From a virus (lineage: Duplodnaviria; Heunggongvirae; Uroviricota; Caudoviricetes), in IMG/VR virus record IMGVR_UViG_3300028586_000764: DNA of 64,000 bases. The stretch is one strand, 5' to 3'. The position numbers and the translations under genes were made by a program. A model generated the notes under the pieces. The model was not told the origin of the DNA, ran no database searches, and saw only the letters and a program-made list of their open reading frames with translations. Below, piece by piece: positions 44,398 through 54,158 of the stretch. How positions within the stretch are numbered: the first letter of the stretch is position 1; every line of letters starts with the position of its first letter.

Positions 44398-44470
44398 GAA
44401 TTGCACGCCGGCTACCAAGGCTGGCCGGGAACCGTGCGAATGTTATGCTCTACTCCGGCAGCCGCCGGCA

Positions 44471-44498
44471 AAAAAAAGACCCCGCACGAAGCGGGGTC
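44471..44498 (-). terminator. rho-independent terminator
   Basis: The minus strand reads gaccccgc-ttcgt-gcggggtc followed by TTTTTTTT. The palindrome GCCGGCagccGCCGGC is adjacent. Confidence 0.85.
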
Positions 44499-44514
44499 TA
44501 GAAATCAAGCTAGG

Positions 44515-45135
44515 TTACTCTGCGAACAGGTCCTTGAGGGCTTGAGCGATGTCATCTGGAACCCAGATGAGGAAATGGTCCTTGCTAGCACCATCGTCAG
44601 CACGGTCGGAGACGTAGACCTTCACGCCTTCGGCTGCAACTCGGAAGTAGAAGTGCTCCAGAATCCAGGCGTTCACGGTTTTTTCATGAGCACCATCGTG
44701 CAGCCCGTACTTGCTGATGTTGCTCACTTCAGCGAAGTTTTCCAGCACAACACTGGCATTGAGAGACACGTCATCCGGAACCTTGATGGCCGAATCGTTC
44801 AGGTCGCACAACTTGCGCCAGTCGCGAGTTGCGATGTCGTCGATGCCAGTGCCTGGCGGATAGACCACGAGGTCTTCTCCGTCACTGTCCACGTCGTAGA
44901 CCCAGCTAATGACGAAGAGGTTGCCCGGCTGGTGGTACAGCGGCGCTCCAAGGATTACCCGGGAGGCGTCGAGCTTGAGCATTCCGTTCATTGCAGCCAG
45001 GTTCTTGTAACCATACGAGATGGCCAAGGACTCCTGCACATCCGACAGCTTCAAAGCGATATCGCGGTCCTTCAGGGCGGCGAACAGCTTCTTAGCCTGG
45101 GATTTGAATGACTCGAGGGTGATGTGGTTTTCCAT
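44515..45135 (-). CDS. hypothetical protein (206 aa)
   Basis: The start is at MENHITLESF with a GGAGA RBS 6 nt upstream and a terminator downstream. Confidence 0.65.
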   Translation of the reverse strand: MENHITLESFKSQAKKLFAALKDRDIALKLSDVQESLAISYGYKNLAAMNGMLKLDASRVILGAPLYHQPGNLFVISWVYDVDSDGEDLVVYPPGTGIDDIATRDWRKLCDLNDSAIKVPDDVSLNASVVLENFAEVSNISKYGLHDGAHEKTVNAWILEHFYFRVAAEGVKVYVSDRADDGASKDHFLIWVPDDIAQALKDLFAE

Positions 45136-45380
45136 GTGGATTCTCCAAATATGCGCGAGGCACATGGTTCAAGTGGAGCTGCCTTTGCCAGATTTGATGT
45201 GCCTCGCGTACATTTGCGAGGGTTCAAAAGGTGGGTACTACCCGCATTCAACATATTCGATTTCTCGAACGGCAGCGATAGGCTGCGGTGGCCTGAACAT
45301 CGTGTAGGTAACGCATCGGTGTGCCAGCTTGCGGCACTGCTGGCTATACCCGCCAAGGACCACTACTTAAAGGAGCGAGC

Positions 45381-45677
45381 ATGGCAAAGAAAATCATCTC
45401 CCTGTCGGGAAAAATCAAGCGTATCCACGCGAACGAAGGGGACATCCACACGACGGTAATGTTCACTCTGGAAGGTGACACCGTGATTCGCACAATGCTG
45501 GTCAACTACGAGGTGTACACAAATAGCCTGCGCTTGACCGCACCGGGCGACGTCGTCCAAATCGAGGCCCGGGAAGACACCGGCTTTCTCTCCATGGCAT
45601 ACCCGACCGTCTTCAGCTGGACCAACGTCACGCTCAATGCCGAGCTGGGCCGTTCGCAGCCCAACAGCAAGTCCTGA
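45381..45677 (+). CDS. small OB-fold-like protein, paralogue A (98 aa)
   Basis: There is an AGGAG RBS. GKIKRIHANEGDIHTTVMFTLEGDTVI...LTAPGDVVQIEAREDTG is paralogous to the next gene. Confidence 0.65.
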   Translation: MAKKIISLSGKIKRIHANEGDIHTTVMFTLEGDTVIRTMLVNYEVYTNSLRLTAPGDVVQIEAREDTGFLSMAYPTVFSWTNVTLNAELGRSQPNSKS

Positions 45678-45687
45678 AGGCTCGAAC

Positions 45688-45963
45688 ATGCCAAACAAAG
45701 TCACCCAAGGCACGGGCAAAGTCAAACGCATCCACGTCGAGTCAGCAGAAATTACTTGCTACGCCAGGTTCACCCTGGAAGGTCAGACGGACATCTTTCG
45801 CTTCGGGACCACCGACCCTGACTTGCGCGCGAAACTGGAGCTAACCTCGCCTGGCGATGAAATCAGCTTCGAGTACGAAGAGATGGGCTGGATTCTGAAG
45901 GCAAATGAACTCTGCAGTTTCACGAACGACACCCTGGACGATGAGTTGAAGCTGGGTACCTGA
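45688..45963 (+). CDS. small OB-fold-like protein, paralogue B (91 aa)
   Basis: The sequence is GKVKRIHVESAEITCYARFTLEGQTDI...LTSPGDEISFEYEEMG. A terminator follows. Confidence 0.65.
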   Translation: MPNKVTQGTGKVKRIHVESAEITCYARFTLEGQTDIFRFGTTDPDLRAKLELTSPGDEISFEYEEMGWILKANELCSFTNDTLDDELKLGT

Positions 45964-45987
45964 CGCGACCAACTATACCCCATGATT

Positions 45988-46016
45988 TCCCGGAGCTGAC
46001 CCTCCGGGATTTTTTT
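45988..46016 (+). terminator. rho-independent terminator
   Basis: The hairpin tcccggag-ctgaccc-tccggga is followed by TTTTTTT. Confidence 0.85.
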
Positions 46017-46120
46017 GTGACTCGTCACAAGAAATCATGCCCACGGTTGAATATCGGAAGCCGGCTGCAAATAATATGGGGCGCTACACCTGGCCAGACA
46101 AGAGAACAGGAGCGCTACTG

Positions 46121-46696
46121 ATGCAAACGATTCACGTCCAGGCAACCCTCGGAACCGGCGACTGCGAAGACTGCGGTTTTTATGACTACGGCCACTTCCA
46201 GATTACTTTCGCTGATGGCAGCGTTGTCGCCGGCGGCTACGACGGCCACCTAGGAGGCGGCCCGTGGGACGGTCAAATGAGCACGTTGTATCAGTGGTGC
46301 CTGGCGAAGCTCGGCTACGTTGTCCAGGTCGACGGGGTCACCAACATCGTGTCAGTACTCTATCAGTACAAGCCGGCGCCCGAGTATGGGACGGAGGCAG
46401 TAGCGTTGTTCGATGGGCCGCTGGAACCTCTCAACCTTCGGACTACACGGGTTCCGAGCCCGGAGTATCCCGAATATGACATCGAAGCAGCGTTGGACTT
46501 CCCTGCAGTGACATCAGGGGGCGCACTGCGCCTTGCCACCGTTCATGCGCCGGTTAATCTCCCGCCTGCGCAGGTCCTTGACTGGGACGGCGATTGGGAC
46601 CGGGTCTACCGGCTACTACTCGAGCAGCGCTGTCATTTGACGGTTGAAGAACATCGAGAAGCCGATGACGAGACAGGCGATGACGGTGATTATTGA
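46121..46696 (+). CDS. hypothetical protein (191 aa)
   Basis: There is an AGGAG RBS 8 nt from the ATG at 46121. Confidence 0.55.
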   Translation: MQTIHVQATLGTGDCEDCGFYDYGHFQITFADGSVVAGGYDGHLGGGPWDGQMSTLYQWCLAKLGYVVQVDGVTNIVSVLYQYKPAPEYGTEAVALFDGPLEPLNLRTTRVPSPEYPEYDIEAALDFPAVTSGGALRLATVHAPVNLPPAQVLDWDGDWDRVYRLLLEQRCHLTVEEHREADDETGDDGDY

Positions 46697-46747
46697 AGGA
46701 ACGAGAGCTCTCGGCCGACTACATTAAACATCTCGCAAGGAGTCTGT

Positions 46748-47185
46748 ATGCCTCGAAAAAAAGAAGATTTCGCAAACCACCCTTGGGACGTAGCGACAGC
46801 AACGCCGCTGAGGCGGCAGTCCACCCCACTGAGTAAGATGCAGGACATCGACCCTGGTGTGAACTTTTTCGTCCTCGCCCTCGAGGCACTGGGCGCCACG
46901 CCCCATTTTTCTTGCGAGGGTCATACAAGAGGTTTTTACGTGTTGTTCTCGGCACCTTATGAGCTTGCCTTGGACATTCGGAAGGCCGGCTATTTCTCAG
47001 TCCAAATTGAAGACCAGGGAACCTGGTCGATTCGGAAGACGTCCGCAGAATACGTAGAATACGCTGAAGCCCCCTACACCGAGAAAGCCAAGGTCTGGTT
47101 ATTGCGCGCTGCGGCTGACGCCTGGCTACGCCACTTCGGAAACCGTCTCGCGACCCTGAATCCCTCGTCGCAGCTATTGGCGTAA
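46748..47185 (+). CDS. hypothetical protein (145 aa)
   Basis: There is an AGGAG RBS 5 nt from the ATG. Confidence 0.65.
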   Translation: MPRKKEDFANHPWDVATATPLRRQSTPLSKMQDIDPGVNFFVLALEALGATPHFSCEGHTRGFYVLFSAPYELALDIRKAGYFSVQIEDQGTWSIRKTSAEYVEYAEAPYTEKAKVWLLRAAADAWLRHFGNRLATLNPSSQLLA

Positions 47186-47217
47186 CGCGTCACGATAATT
47201 CAAAAACCAACTTCACG

Positions 47218-47559
47218 ATGCCAAACAAAACTGCAGCTGCAGCATCCAGCCTCTTCCAAGAGAAAAAACGAACCTACGTAGATGCACTTCATGTAGAGCT
47301 GAGCCTGAGTCATCGGATTCAGGTAGGCTTTTTCGTCACCGAGTTCCTGCTCAATGCCAGTGCGCTGCAGGCCGCCTATCCGAAGTCACGGAGTCGCTCG
47401 CACATGGACCAATACTTCGAGCGCCGCCAGGCGTCACTAGTGGCGGACGTCGGAACCGGCCATTGGAAGGCCGCTTGCCATCAAGCTTTGTGCAGGGACT
47501 ATCTTGCGGGCCAACTTGACTGGGTGATATCCCACTATCGGACGGATGCTACCTGCTGA
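47218..47559 (+). CDS. hypothetical protein (113 aa)
   Basis: The ORF follows the 46748 gene in an operon. The RBS is weak. Confidence 0.45.
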   Translation: MPNKTAAAASSLFQEKKRTYVDALHVELSLSHRIQVGFFVTEFLLNASALQAAYPKSRSRSHMDQYFERRQASLVADVGTGHWKAACHQALCRDYLAGQLDWVISHYRTDATC

Positions 47560-47586
47560 ATTGTACTGGCAAGGGAAACTTCCGAC

Positions 47587-47623
47587 AAAAAAGCCCTCCT
47601 TGCATCACTGCGAGGAGGGCTTT
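47587..47623 (-). terminator. rho-independent terminator
   Basis: The minus strand reads gccctcctcgc-agtgatgca-aggagggc followed by TTTTTT. Confidence 0.75.
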
Positions 47624-47636
47624 GTCAATCAGTACA

Positions 47637-48323
47637 TCAGCCTTGGTTGAACAGCACCCAAGGGCAGTCGGCTTTCTTGGCTTGCGCGAAGAATACCTTC
47701 AGCTCGGCCGGGCAAGTCGAGTCTTCCAGCGCTCGGCTGGTGTAGACCATGAATTCCCAGACACCAGGTTCCTTGTCATTGCCGCGGTGCGCGAAGCTAC
47801 CGTTGGCTTGAATCCAGGCCCAAGCCGGCAGCTGGTCTGGGGTGTCATACTCGAAGTTATCGGTCATGTCGACTTCGAACACGTGTACGACCCGGTCTTG
47901 GTACATCGGCGTCGGAACCACCTTTGCTTCCAGTTCTCCAAGGGAGAGCGTCAGCGTCTGGGTGTCTCGGCCGAGGACCTCGAACCATTCGTCATACTCA
48001 GGTTCATAGCCGCCGCCGTCCGCGTTGATGATGGCGATTGCCTCTTCATCACTTGGCGCGTCATCACGGTAGACGTTGAACACGTCCTGGCCATGCTTGT
48101 GGTGATGCACGATACTCCACGATACGACTTGCACCGTGATGCGGCGCTCCTCGTTAGGACTCGCAGCTTGCCGTTGTGCGGCGGAAGCAGCATTCCAGGA
48201 CGCGTAGCCGTGCATCTTGGCCACGAGTTCGAGCGATTCACCAACGGCCAGGCTTGCGCCCTTTTGCGCATAAGCTTCGCGCAGCATGCGGGCCTGTTCT
48301 TTCAGTTGCGGAGTGCGATGCAT
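47637..48323 (-). CDS. hypothetical protein (228 aa)
   Basis: There is an AAAGGAA RBS 5 nt from the ATG. It lies immediately downstream of the group II intron. Confidence 0.65.
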   Translation of the reverse strand: MHRTPQLKEQARMLREAYAQKGASLAVGESLELVAKMHGYASWNAASAAQRQAASPNEERRITVQVVSWSIVHHHKHGQDVFNVYRDDAPSDEEAIAIINADGGGYEPEYDEWFEVLGRDTQTLTLSLGELEAKVVPTPMYQDRVVHVFEVDMTDNFEYDTPDQLPAWAWIQANGSFAHRGNDKEPGVWEFMVYTSRALEDSTCPAELKVFFAQAKKADCPWVLFNQG

Positions 48324-48389
48324 GAGTCTTTCCTTTCACAATCGCGAAGGTTCCGAGCTCCCAATACGTATTGGGTCCGGAATGCGGTG

Positions 48390-50724
48390 GTGGGTAGGAG
48401 CACTGTCTCGCGACAAACACTCCCCCCTATAAACCGTACGTGCGAGTTTCCCCGCATACGGCTTCAATCAACGGAAAGTCGGGCGGGCCCGACCGGCAAT
48501 AGAAACTTGAAACCTGTGGCATGGCCCCTCGTGTGACAGAGGGGGTGAAGTAGAGCGAGGTTTTCCGAGGTGTTGGGACCCTTATCGACCCGGCGAACCA
48601 GGTGATGAGTGTGCCAACGAGTAAGCCTCGTGATAGCCTCGGCACAGACGGGGCAAAGCCCTTTCTGTCGCCTCCACAAATACAGCAGCCGGCGTCGGCC
48701 TTGAAGATTGTTCTCCATTTGCACGGAGAATCGCTCCTCGAAGTAGGTTTCGAACGCTGGGTTGAACGGTTGAGCCTCCTCTCGAATCTTCACATGGCGA
48801 CGGATGACCGTCTCCAGTGCGTATCTCAAGGTTAGCAGTTTCCGTTCACCATTCTTCTGTATTTCCGTGGTGCTGAAGCGGAAGGTACGGGCGCCGACAG
48901 GTTTGAAGTACCTGGAGAGTATCCAGGGCCTCGACTTGTTCGGATGCCGTCTCTTCGCCCAGCGCCAAAGCGCTTGCCATATTTCTTTGTCGACGTTGTT
49001 GTAAGTGTCTTTCGACACCACGTGCTGATGGTAGTTAGCCCAGCCCCGAATCTTTGGATTCAAGACCTTAATCAGCAGACTTTGTGGCGACGTACGATGT
49101 TTCCGTATTGTCGTCCTGACCGCGTCGAGGAACGTTTTCACGTTCTTCTTGGCCGGCTTGATGAGCAGTTTTTCCTTAGATGTACCATGGTGGTACTTCC
49201 GGACGTTCTGCCCCAGGAAGTCAAAGCCTGTTCCAACGTGGGTCACCTTAGTCTTCTCCTCGGAGAGGGTCAGACCTCGGCTTGCCAGGAAGTCGCGCAC
49301 GAGCGGTTTGACCTTGTCTTCGAGCAGCTCTTTCGAGCTACCCGTGATGACGAAGTCGTCCGCGTACCGGACCACTTGAACTTGTGACTTGGCGGCGATA
49401 TGATGCTTGACGCGCTTCAGACCGTGGGAACGACCGAAGTGTTCAATCAGCAAATCTTCCAGCCCGTCGAGAGCCAAGTTGGCCAAGATGGGAGAGATGA
49501 GTCCCCCTTGTGGCGTACCTTCCGTTGTTGGATACAACGAACCTTTGTCGACAAACCCCGCCTTCAGCCATTTTTCCAACACGCTAGTGTCGGTGCAGAT
49601 GTTTTTCAACATCCAGCCGTGACTGATATGGTCGAAGCAACCCTTGATATCGCCTTCTAACACCCATGCCGCGGATTTCTTGTGCGAGAGGAGTGAGAAG
49701 AGTTTGGCGATAGCGTCCGCGGTCGAGCGTGCAGGTCGGAACCCGTAGCTGTTCCAGTCGGCCGTGGTCTCCGAGACGGGTTCCAGCGCCAGCGCGTGCA
49801 GAGCCTGCATTGCGCGGTCCTTCATCGTCGGGATTCCCAGGGGACGTTTCTTTCCATTGGCTTTGGGGATGTACACGCGTCGTAGCGGTTTCGGCTGGTA
49901 GCCTTTGCGCACGAGCGTCCCAATAGCTTTTGCTTTGGCCTGCGGAGAGTCCCAGGTTACCCCGTCGACTCCCGCAGTCCGTTTGCCTTGATTTTCAGTT
50001 ACTCGTCGAACTGCCAAGGCTTTGGCAGAATACGAGTGCGTCAGCAACCATTGCAGGGCTTTCACCTTGCGCCAGTGCTTCAGCTCAGTTGCCTTCGCGA
50101 TGCGTACTTGCAGCTTCCTTACCTCCAGATGACAACGTGCCCAGTCGATGCTGTGCCAGTCGATACCTGTAGTGGGAGCCGCATCCGCACCGAATGCTAC
50201 TTTCGTAGCGTCTAATGCAGTCATTTGCTTGTCCCCCTAAAGAGAAGTTCCGCGAGTTATTTCGCGATGTTGACAAGAACTAAGTCAGCCGGCTTTCACC
50301 GCGGTGCAAAGCACCTATCACACCGATTACAGGTGCGCGTTCGCTTCTTAGTTCATCCTCTACCCTCTAAGCCATGGGCGTTCCTTGCGGTCAGCTTGCT
50401 CGCCTTGCGGAGAGCGACTTATAGGGCTTACCCCGGTCTCGTTGATGCAACACTACTGGGTTAGGTCCCACCTATACACCGTGCGCTTGAATGTCCGTGC
50501 AGTCCCAATTCCTAGGGGATTTGCCAGCGCGTGCCTTTTGGCTTGAGTCTGTCAGCTTTTTTGACTCATTCGCAGTAACGGCGATTATCAGTGGTTCACG
50601 TGAGTTGACCATACCAGTAAGCCTAGTCCTATCCCAGATAAAGCTTCCAGGTTCACTTCGTGCCTCACGGCCCGACTTGTGACACTCTTTCGAGTTTCGG
50701 TACATTGTCCTCCGAGCTTCACAC
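48390..50724 (-). mobile_element. group II intron (ORF-containing, with domain V/VI); boundaries approximate
   Basis: Domain V, GAGCCGTATGCGGGGAAACTCGCACGTACGGTT, lies on the minus strand at about 48416-48450. Domain VI-like GGGGGAGUG...GCUCCUACCC with a bulged UA follows, and the 3' end is at about 48390. The candidate 5' GUGUG is at about 50724. The protein ORF sits in domain IV. Confidence 0.8.
48464..50224 (-). CDS. group II intron-encoded protein: reverse transcriptase / maturase / HNH endonuclease
   Basis: The RT motifs are RPLGIPT and YADDFVI. The maturase domain is RGWANYH. The C-terminal zinc finger/HNH is CPVCAEAI...WHTHHLV...CHTRGH. It ends just before domain V. Confidence 0.9.
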   Translation of the reverse strand: MTALDATKVAFGADAAPTTGIDWHSIDWARCHLEVRKLQVRIAKATELKHWRKVKALQWLLTHSYSAKALAVRRVTENQGKRTAGVDGVTWDSPQAKAKAIGTLVRKGYQPKPLRRVYIPKANGKKRPLGIPTMKDRAMQALHALALEPVSETTADWNSYGFRPARSTADAIAKLFSLLSHKKSAAWVLEGDIKGCFDHISHGWMLKNICTDTSVLEKWLKAGFVDKGSLYPTTEGTPQGGLISPILANLALDGLEDLLIEHFGRSHGLKRVKHHIAAKSQVQVVRYADDFVITGSSKELLEDKVKPLVRDFLASRGLTLSEEKTKVTHVGTGFDFLGQNVRKYHHGTSKEKLLIKPAKKNVKTFLDAVRTTIRKHRTSPQSLLIKVLNPKIRGWANYHQHVVSKDTYNNVDKEIWQALWRWAKRRHPNKSRPWILSRYFKPVGARTFRFSTTEIQKNGERKLLTLRYALETVIRRHVKIREEAQPFNPAFETYFEERFSVQMENNLQGRRRLLYLWRRQKGLCPVCAEAITRLTRWHTHHLVRRVDKGPNTSENLALLHPLCHTRGHATGFKFLLPVGPARLSVD

Positions 50725-50816
50725 CCCGCAGTTACCCGCGACGCATGTCAGAGTAGGCTACTCTCGACGGAACGAGAGGTTTCCCTAACCAAAAAGATGG
50801 CCTGAAACAATTGCAA

Positions 50817-50840
50817 AAACGACCTTGCGGGTCGCACAAG
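50817..50840 (-). terminator. rho-independent terminator upstream of the intron
   Basis: The minus strand reads cgacccgc-aag-gtcg followed by TTTTTG. It lies inside the weak ORF 50748..50942. Confidence 0.6.
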
Positions 50841-50961
50841 AATGCCTGCGTTATCGACCAAAAACCCTCGCGGTGAGCGGATAGGCTTGGTTGAAGTAGA
50901 TATTTTCCTGTCTTTACCGTATGAGATGCATTCGCACCTCACTGCAGGCAGCGGGCGGTCA

Positions 50962-50984
50962 GGTGGCCTAGAACACGTATAGCG
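50962..50984 (-). promoter_or_regulatory. recurrent upstream element (CGCTATAC-N7-AGGCCACC), minus orientation
   Basis: The coding strand reads ctgCGCTATACgtgttctAGGCCACCtgacc. Confidence 0.4.
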
Positions 50985-51016
50985 CAGCAGCGTTTAATAA
51001 GCCGTAGTCCGTTTTT

Positions 51017-51036
51017 GCTATACGTGCAAGGTCATT
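51017..51036 (+). promoter_or_regulatory. recurrent upstream element (TGCTATAC-N5-AGGTCATT)
   Basis: The sequence is tttTGCTATACgtgcaAGGTCATTattAAAGGAtatttATG. Confidence 0.5.
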
Positions 51037-51050
51037 ATTAAAGGATATTT

Positions 51051-51671
51051 ATGAGCAAAACATCACAAGGCATTCCGGCATATCCGGCCACCATGACATT
51101 TACGTTACCGGACAGCTCTATCGTCGAGTTCCCTGTGGAGTGGACTCCTTGTGGAACCTTGTTCTACCAGCTTTCTGCGGCAGAGTTCCAGTCCAAGGTA
51201 GGCGCGCGGATGGAAGCGCTTGGCGAAGAACTCGTGAGCGCGCGTGTCACATTGAACGAAGACCCAAGTGTTCTCGCGGAGATAGACTTAAACCCCAAAT
51301 GGGGCCTAGTGCCCGTAGGAGACGCCTTAGCCCAGTGGGCTCGCAAAATGCATCCAGAAGACTGTGCTTACCTCGATGAGGTGCTCTATCCTGCTACGTT
51401 ACTCTGGAGGATGCCGGATGGTGGCCTTTTGCGTATGCCAGCCCAATGGGTCAACACAGGCGAAGTCCGCCCGCGTCCAAAGAATCGGCTTCTATCAGAG
51501 CTGATGAAGGCTCGGTGGGCACTCGAACCCGGTGCGACTGGTTTTGCACACATCATCCTGCGTGCTGACCCTACCATCGTCGCTGCCGTCAAAATTAGCG
51601 AAGACAATGAAGTCATGGCGCCATCACTGGCCTTCGAGACTTGGGTTTCCAAGAACCCTAAGCCTGACTGA
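51051..51671 (+). CDS. hypothetical protein (206 aa)
   Basis: There is an AAAGGA RBS and a terminator downstream. Confidence 0.7.
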   Translation: MSKTSQGIPAYPATMTFTLPDSSIVEFPVEWTPCGTLFYQLSAAEFQSKVGARMEALGEELVSARVTLNEDPSVLAEIDLNPKWGLVPVGDALAQWARKMHPEDCAYLDEVLYPATLLWRMPDGGLLRMPAQWVNTGEVRPRPKNRLLSELMKARWALEPGATGFAHIILRADPTIVAAVKISEDNEVMAPSLAFETWVSKNPKPD

Positions 51672-51681
51672 TTACATTCAG

Positions 51682-51709
51682 CCCACGGCACCCTGCCGTG
51701 GGTTTTTTT
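51682..51709 (+). terminator. rho-independent terminator
   Basis: The hairpin cccacggca-ccc-tgccgtggg is followed by TTTTTTT. Confidence 0.85.
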
Positions 51710-51863
51710 ATTACAAGCACATTAGAGGCGTTCGAGCAGGTTCAGCAAATGGGGCCGCAGCCGTTAGGTTAGTTTTAAGAAGAGTTCCCAGGCTCAAAGG
51801 GCTAAACCATAGTTCATATTTTATGAAGATACGCAGCTTTCTTGACCGATTTAAGCCTCCAAT

Positions 51864-52145
51864 ATGACCAAACAACACCTCTCCATGCTGCTGGCGCTGG
51901 CCGTACTGGCAGGCTGCTCGGCACAAGATAAACCGGCGGCGCCACCAACCGCTAAACCGCCTGCTAGCACGGCCCCGGTCGCGGTCATTGTAGACGTCCC
52001 GGCTAGCCCTGCCCCTGTAGTGCCACCAGCCCCCCGCGTGGTGGCGCCAAAGCCGAAAGTTCAAAAGCAAGGTAATGCGATGCCTGAACTCACCCCGCAG
52101 GAGTTCGCTGCGTTAAAGGCTCGTTTGTCCGCGCCAGGCCGCTAA
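51864..52145 (+). CDS. small Pro/Ala-rich lipoprotein (93 aa)
   Basis: The signal peptide is MTKQHLSMLLALAVLAGC with an LAGC lipobox. The RBS is weak. Confidence 0.6.
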   Translation: MTKQHLSMLLALAVLAGCSAQDKPAAPPTAKPPASTAPVAVIVDVPASPAPVVPPAPRVVAPKPKVQKQGNAMPELTPQEFAALKARLSAPGR

Positions 52146-52270
52146 TTGTTAGCAAAAGATGGGACCCGCTCCTGTTCAGCAGACAGTTCGCTAGACAACC
52201 TATGGAGCGTGTCTATCAAAGCTGACTGCACATCGACCGCCCTCACCAACTTCTCGGCTCCACTACACGA

Positions 52271-54106
52271 ATGAAAAAAATCTCCTCTCTTATCATGGGA
52301 GTCGCGCTCACTGCTTCAAGCCTGTCGGCTGTTGCAGCTCAATACGAAACGCGAATTCTCATCAAAACTCTGAAGGTTACGGGCAGCCCGCAACCTGGCA
52401 CCGGCACGCCGGGAACCGGAACGACGCCTGGCACCGGTGGCACGGGTGGCTCCGGTACAGGAGGCACGGGCGACACGTCTACGCCGTCCTCGAAAGCCGT
52501 GACCCTGACTCCGGGCTCTACGGACTTTGGTGCGCTTCAAGTGGGCGAGACTTCCACCGTCCGCGCTTTCCTGTTGAGCAATCCGGACACCGTCGACAAG
52601 GCGATTTCGGACATTCATGTCAATGGTGCTGACTTCAAACTGTCCGGCAACCAATGCGGCACAACGCTGGCCGCGGGTAGTACCTGCAACATCGGCGTGG
52701 TGATGACTGCCGGCGGCCTGGGAGCCTCCTCGGGCTCGTTGTCGGCAACGGTTGCTGGTCAAGTGCTAACCGCGTCCCTGACGGGCACGGGCAAGTCGGT
52801 TGACGCCGCTCTGCAGGCGTCCCCTGCTTCCGTCGACTTCGGCGCCGGTGTAACTGGCCAATCGTCGGAGGTGAAGACAGTTTCACTTCACAACTCGAAC
52901 GATGTCGCTGTCCAGTTCAGTGGTTTCTCGATGGATAGCGCCACCAAAGCGAATTTCAATGTGGACCCCGCTGGCTGCGGGACCTCGCTTGCAGCTGGTG
53001 CGTCGTGCAACCTGTACGTAATGATGACCCCCTCGCAGGCGGGCGCTCTTTCGGGTAGTATCTCGATTGTCGCGGGCGGTCGTCTAACGAACGTGGCGCT
53101 GAGCGGTAGCGCTGTAGCCGCGACCAAATCCATCGCCAACTCAGGCTGGACCACTTTGACCGCCGAGCCTGGCCGTCCGAGCACTGGCTCTGTTGCCCTC
53201 AGCAACACAGGCAACTCGACAATCCGCCTGGGCGCGATTTCCACCGGAACGCCATACTTCTCGATTACCAGCAATGAATGCGGTACCGAGTTGGCTCCTG
53301 AAGGCTATTGCACGGTCACCGTTCAGTTCTCGCCTAACAAGGCCGGCGACTTCGCGGACACGCTGACCATTGAGAGCGATGCGACAAACAACGCTTCACT
53401 CCAGCTAACGGGTACAGGTATCGCCCCGCAGCCGCACCTGGACCAGATTTCTGGCGGCTACTTCGGCACTCCGTACGTGAACACCACGGACTCGACCACT
53501 GTCGTATTCCAGAACACCGGCCAAGTTCTCACGAAAGTGGGCACCATCAGCTACCAGGGTACTGGCGGCACTACCGCGCCGGCATCCACTGTGTTTAACG
53601 TGACTTCCGACACCTGTACTGGCGCGTCGCTCGCACCAGGTGCTACCTGTAATGTGGTCGTGGCTTTGACCGGTAAGCAAGAACCAACCAGCTATTCGAT
53701 GTCCATCTACCCGAAATACGGTGAGACTGGCACGGAAGCGACGAGCTATGGCTATGTGGGTGGTAATTTCCACTACATGTACACCGCGATGACGGCTACG
53801 AACTTTGGCGGCACGTTCAACTCGACCACCCCGGACAGCACTCCAATTGCGTTCCAGACTTCTGGTGGCACTTCGCAGCGCACCTTCACGCTGACCAGCC
53901 GCGACTCTGCTCCTGGCACCGTGACCGTGGCGAGCTCTAACGCACCTGAGTTTGTCATCAGCTCGAACACCTGCCTTGGTACCCTGGCGCCGAACCGCAG
54001 CTGCACGTTTGTGGTCACCTTCAAATCAGCCGGCTCCGGACAACGCGCTGGCAACATCAACATCGGTGGCGCCACCAAGATGTCAGTCAGCCTGACGGGC
54101 AACTAA
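52271..54106 (+). CDS. large secreted protein built from about 5 Ig-like (choice-of-anchor-D-like/ASH-like) repeats
   Basis: The signal peptide is MKKISSLIMGVALTASSLSAVAAQ. A repeating pattern L.P...FG...VG..S......N.G...I.I..I...G..F......CG..LA.G.SC...V.F.P is present. There is an N-terminal G/T-rich linker. Confidence 0.8.
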   Translation: MKKISSLIMGVALTASSLSAVAAQYETRILIKTLKVTGSPQPGTGTPGTGTTPGTGGTGGSGTGGTGDTSTPSSKAVTLTPGSTDFGALQVGETSTVRAFLLSNPDTVDKAISDIHVNGADFKLSGNQCGTTLAAGSTCNIGVVMTAGGLGASSGSLSATVAGQVLTASLTGTGKSVDAALQASPASVDFGAGVTGQSSEVKTVSLHNSNDVAVQFSGFSMDSATKANFNVDPAGCGTSLAAGASCNLYVMMTPSQAGALSGSISIVAGGRLTNVALSGSAVAATKSIANSGWTTLTAEPGRPSTGSVALSNTGNSTIRLGAISTGTPYFSITSNECGTELAPEGYCTVTVQFSPNKAGDFADTLTIESDATNNASLQLTGTGIAPQPHLDQISGGYFGTPYVNTTDSTTVVFQNTGQVLTKVGTISYQGTGGTTAPASTVFNVTSDTCTGASLAPGATCNVVVALTGKQEPTSYSMSIYPKYGETGTEATSYGYVGGNFHYMYTAMTATNFGGTFNSTTPDSTPIAFQTSGGTSQRTFTLTSRDSAPGTVTVASSNAPEFVISSNTCLGTLAPNRSCTFVVTFKSAGSGQRAGNINIGGATKMSVSLTGN

Positions 54107-54128
54107 GCTAACGCGAGTTGCTTGATGA

Positions 54129-54158
54129 GCCCTGCTTCTACGGAAGCAGGGCTTTTTT
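54129..54158 (+). terminator. rho-independent terminator
   Basis: The hairpin gccctgcttc-tacg-gaagcagggc is followed by TTTTTT. Confidence 0.85.

Noticed and set aside
43789-45111. 440-aa + strand ORF
   Set aside because: It runs through a strong minus-strand terminator (44471-44498) and across two minus-strand genes that have good RBSs, so it is spurious.
50748-50942. 64-aa minus-strand ORF with good RBS
   Set aside because: It contains an intrinsic terminator in-frame and has odd composition. It is more likely a small-RNA region (see findings).
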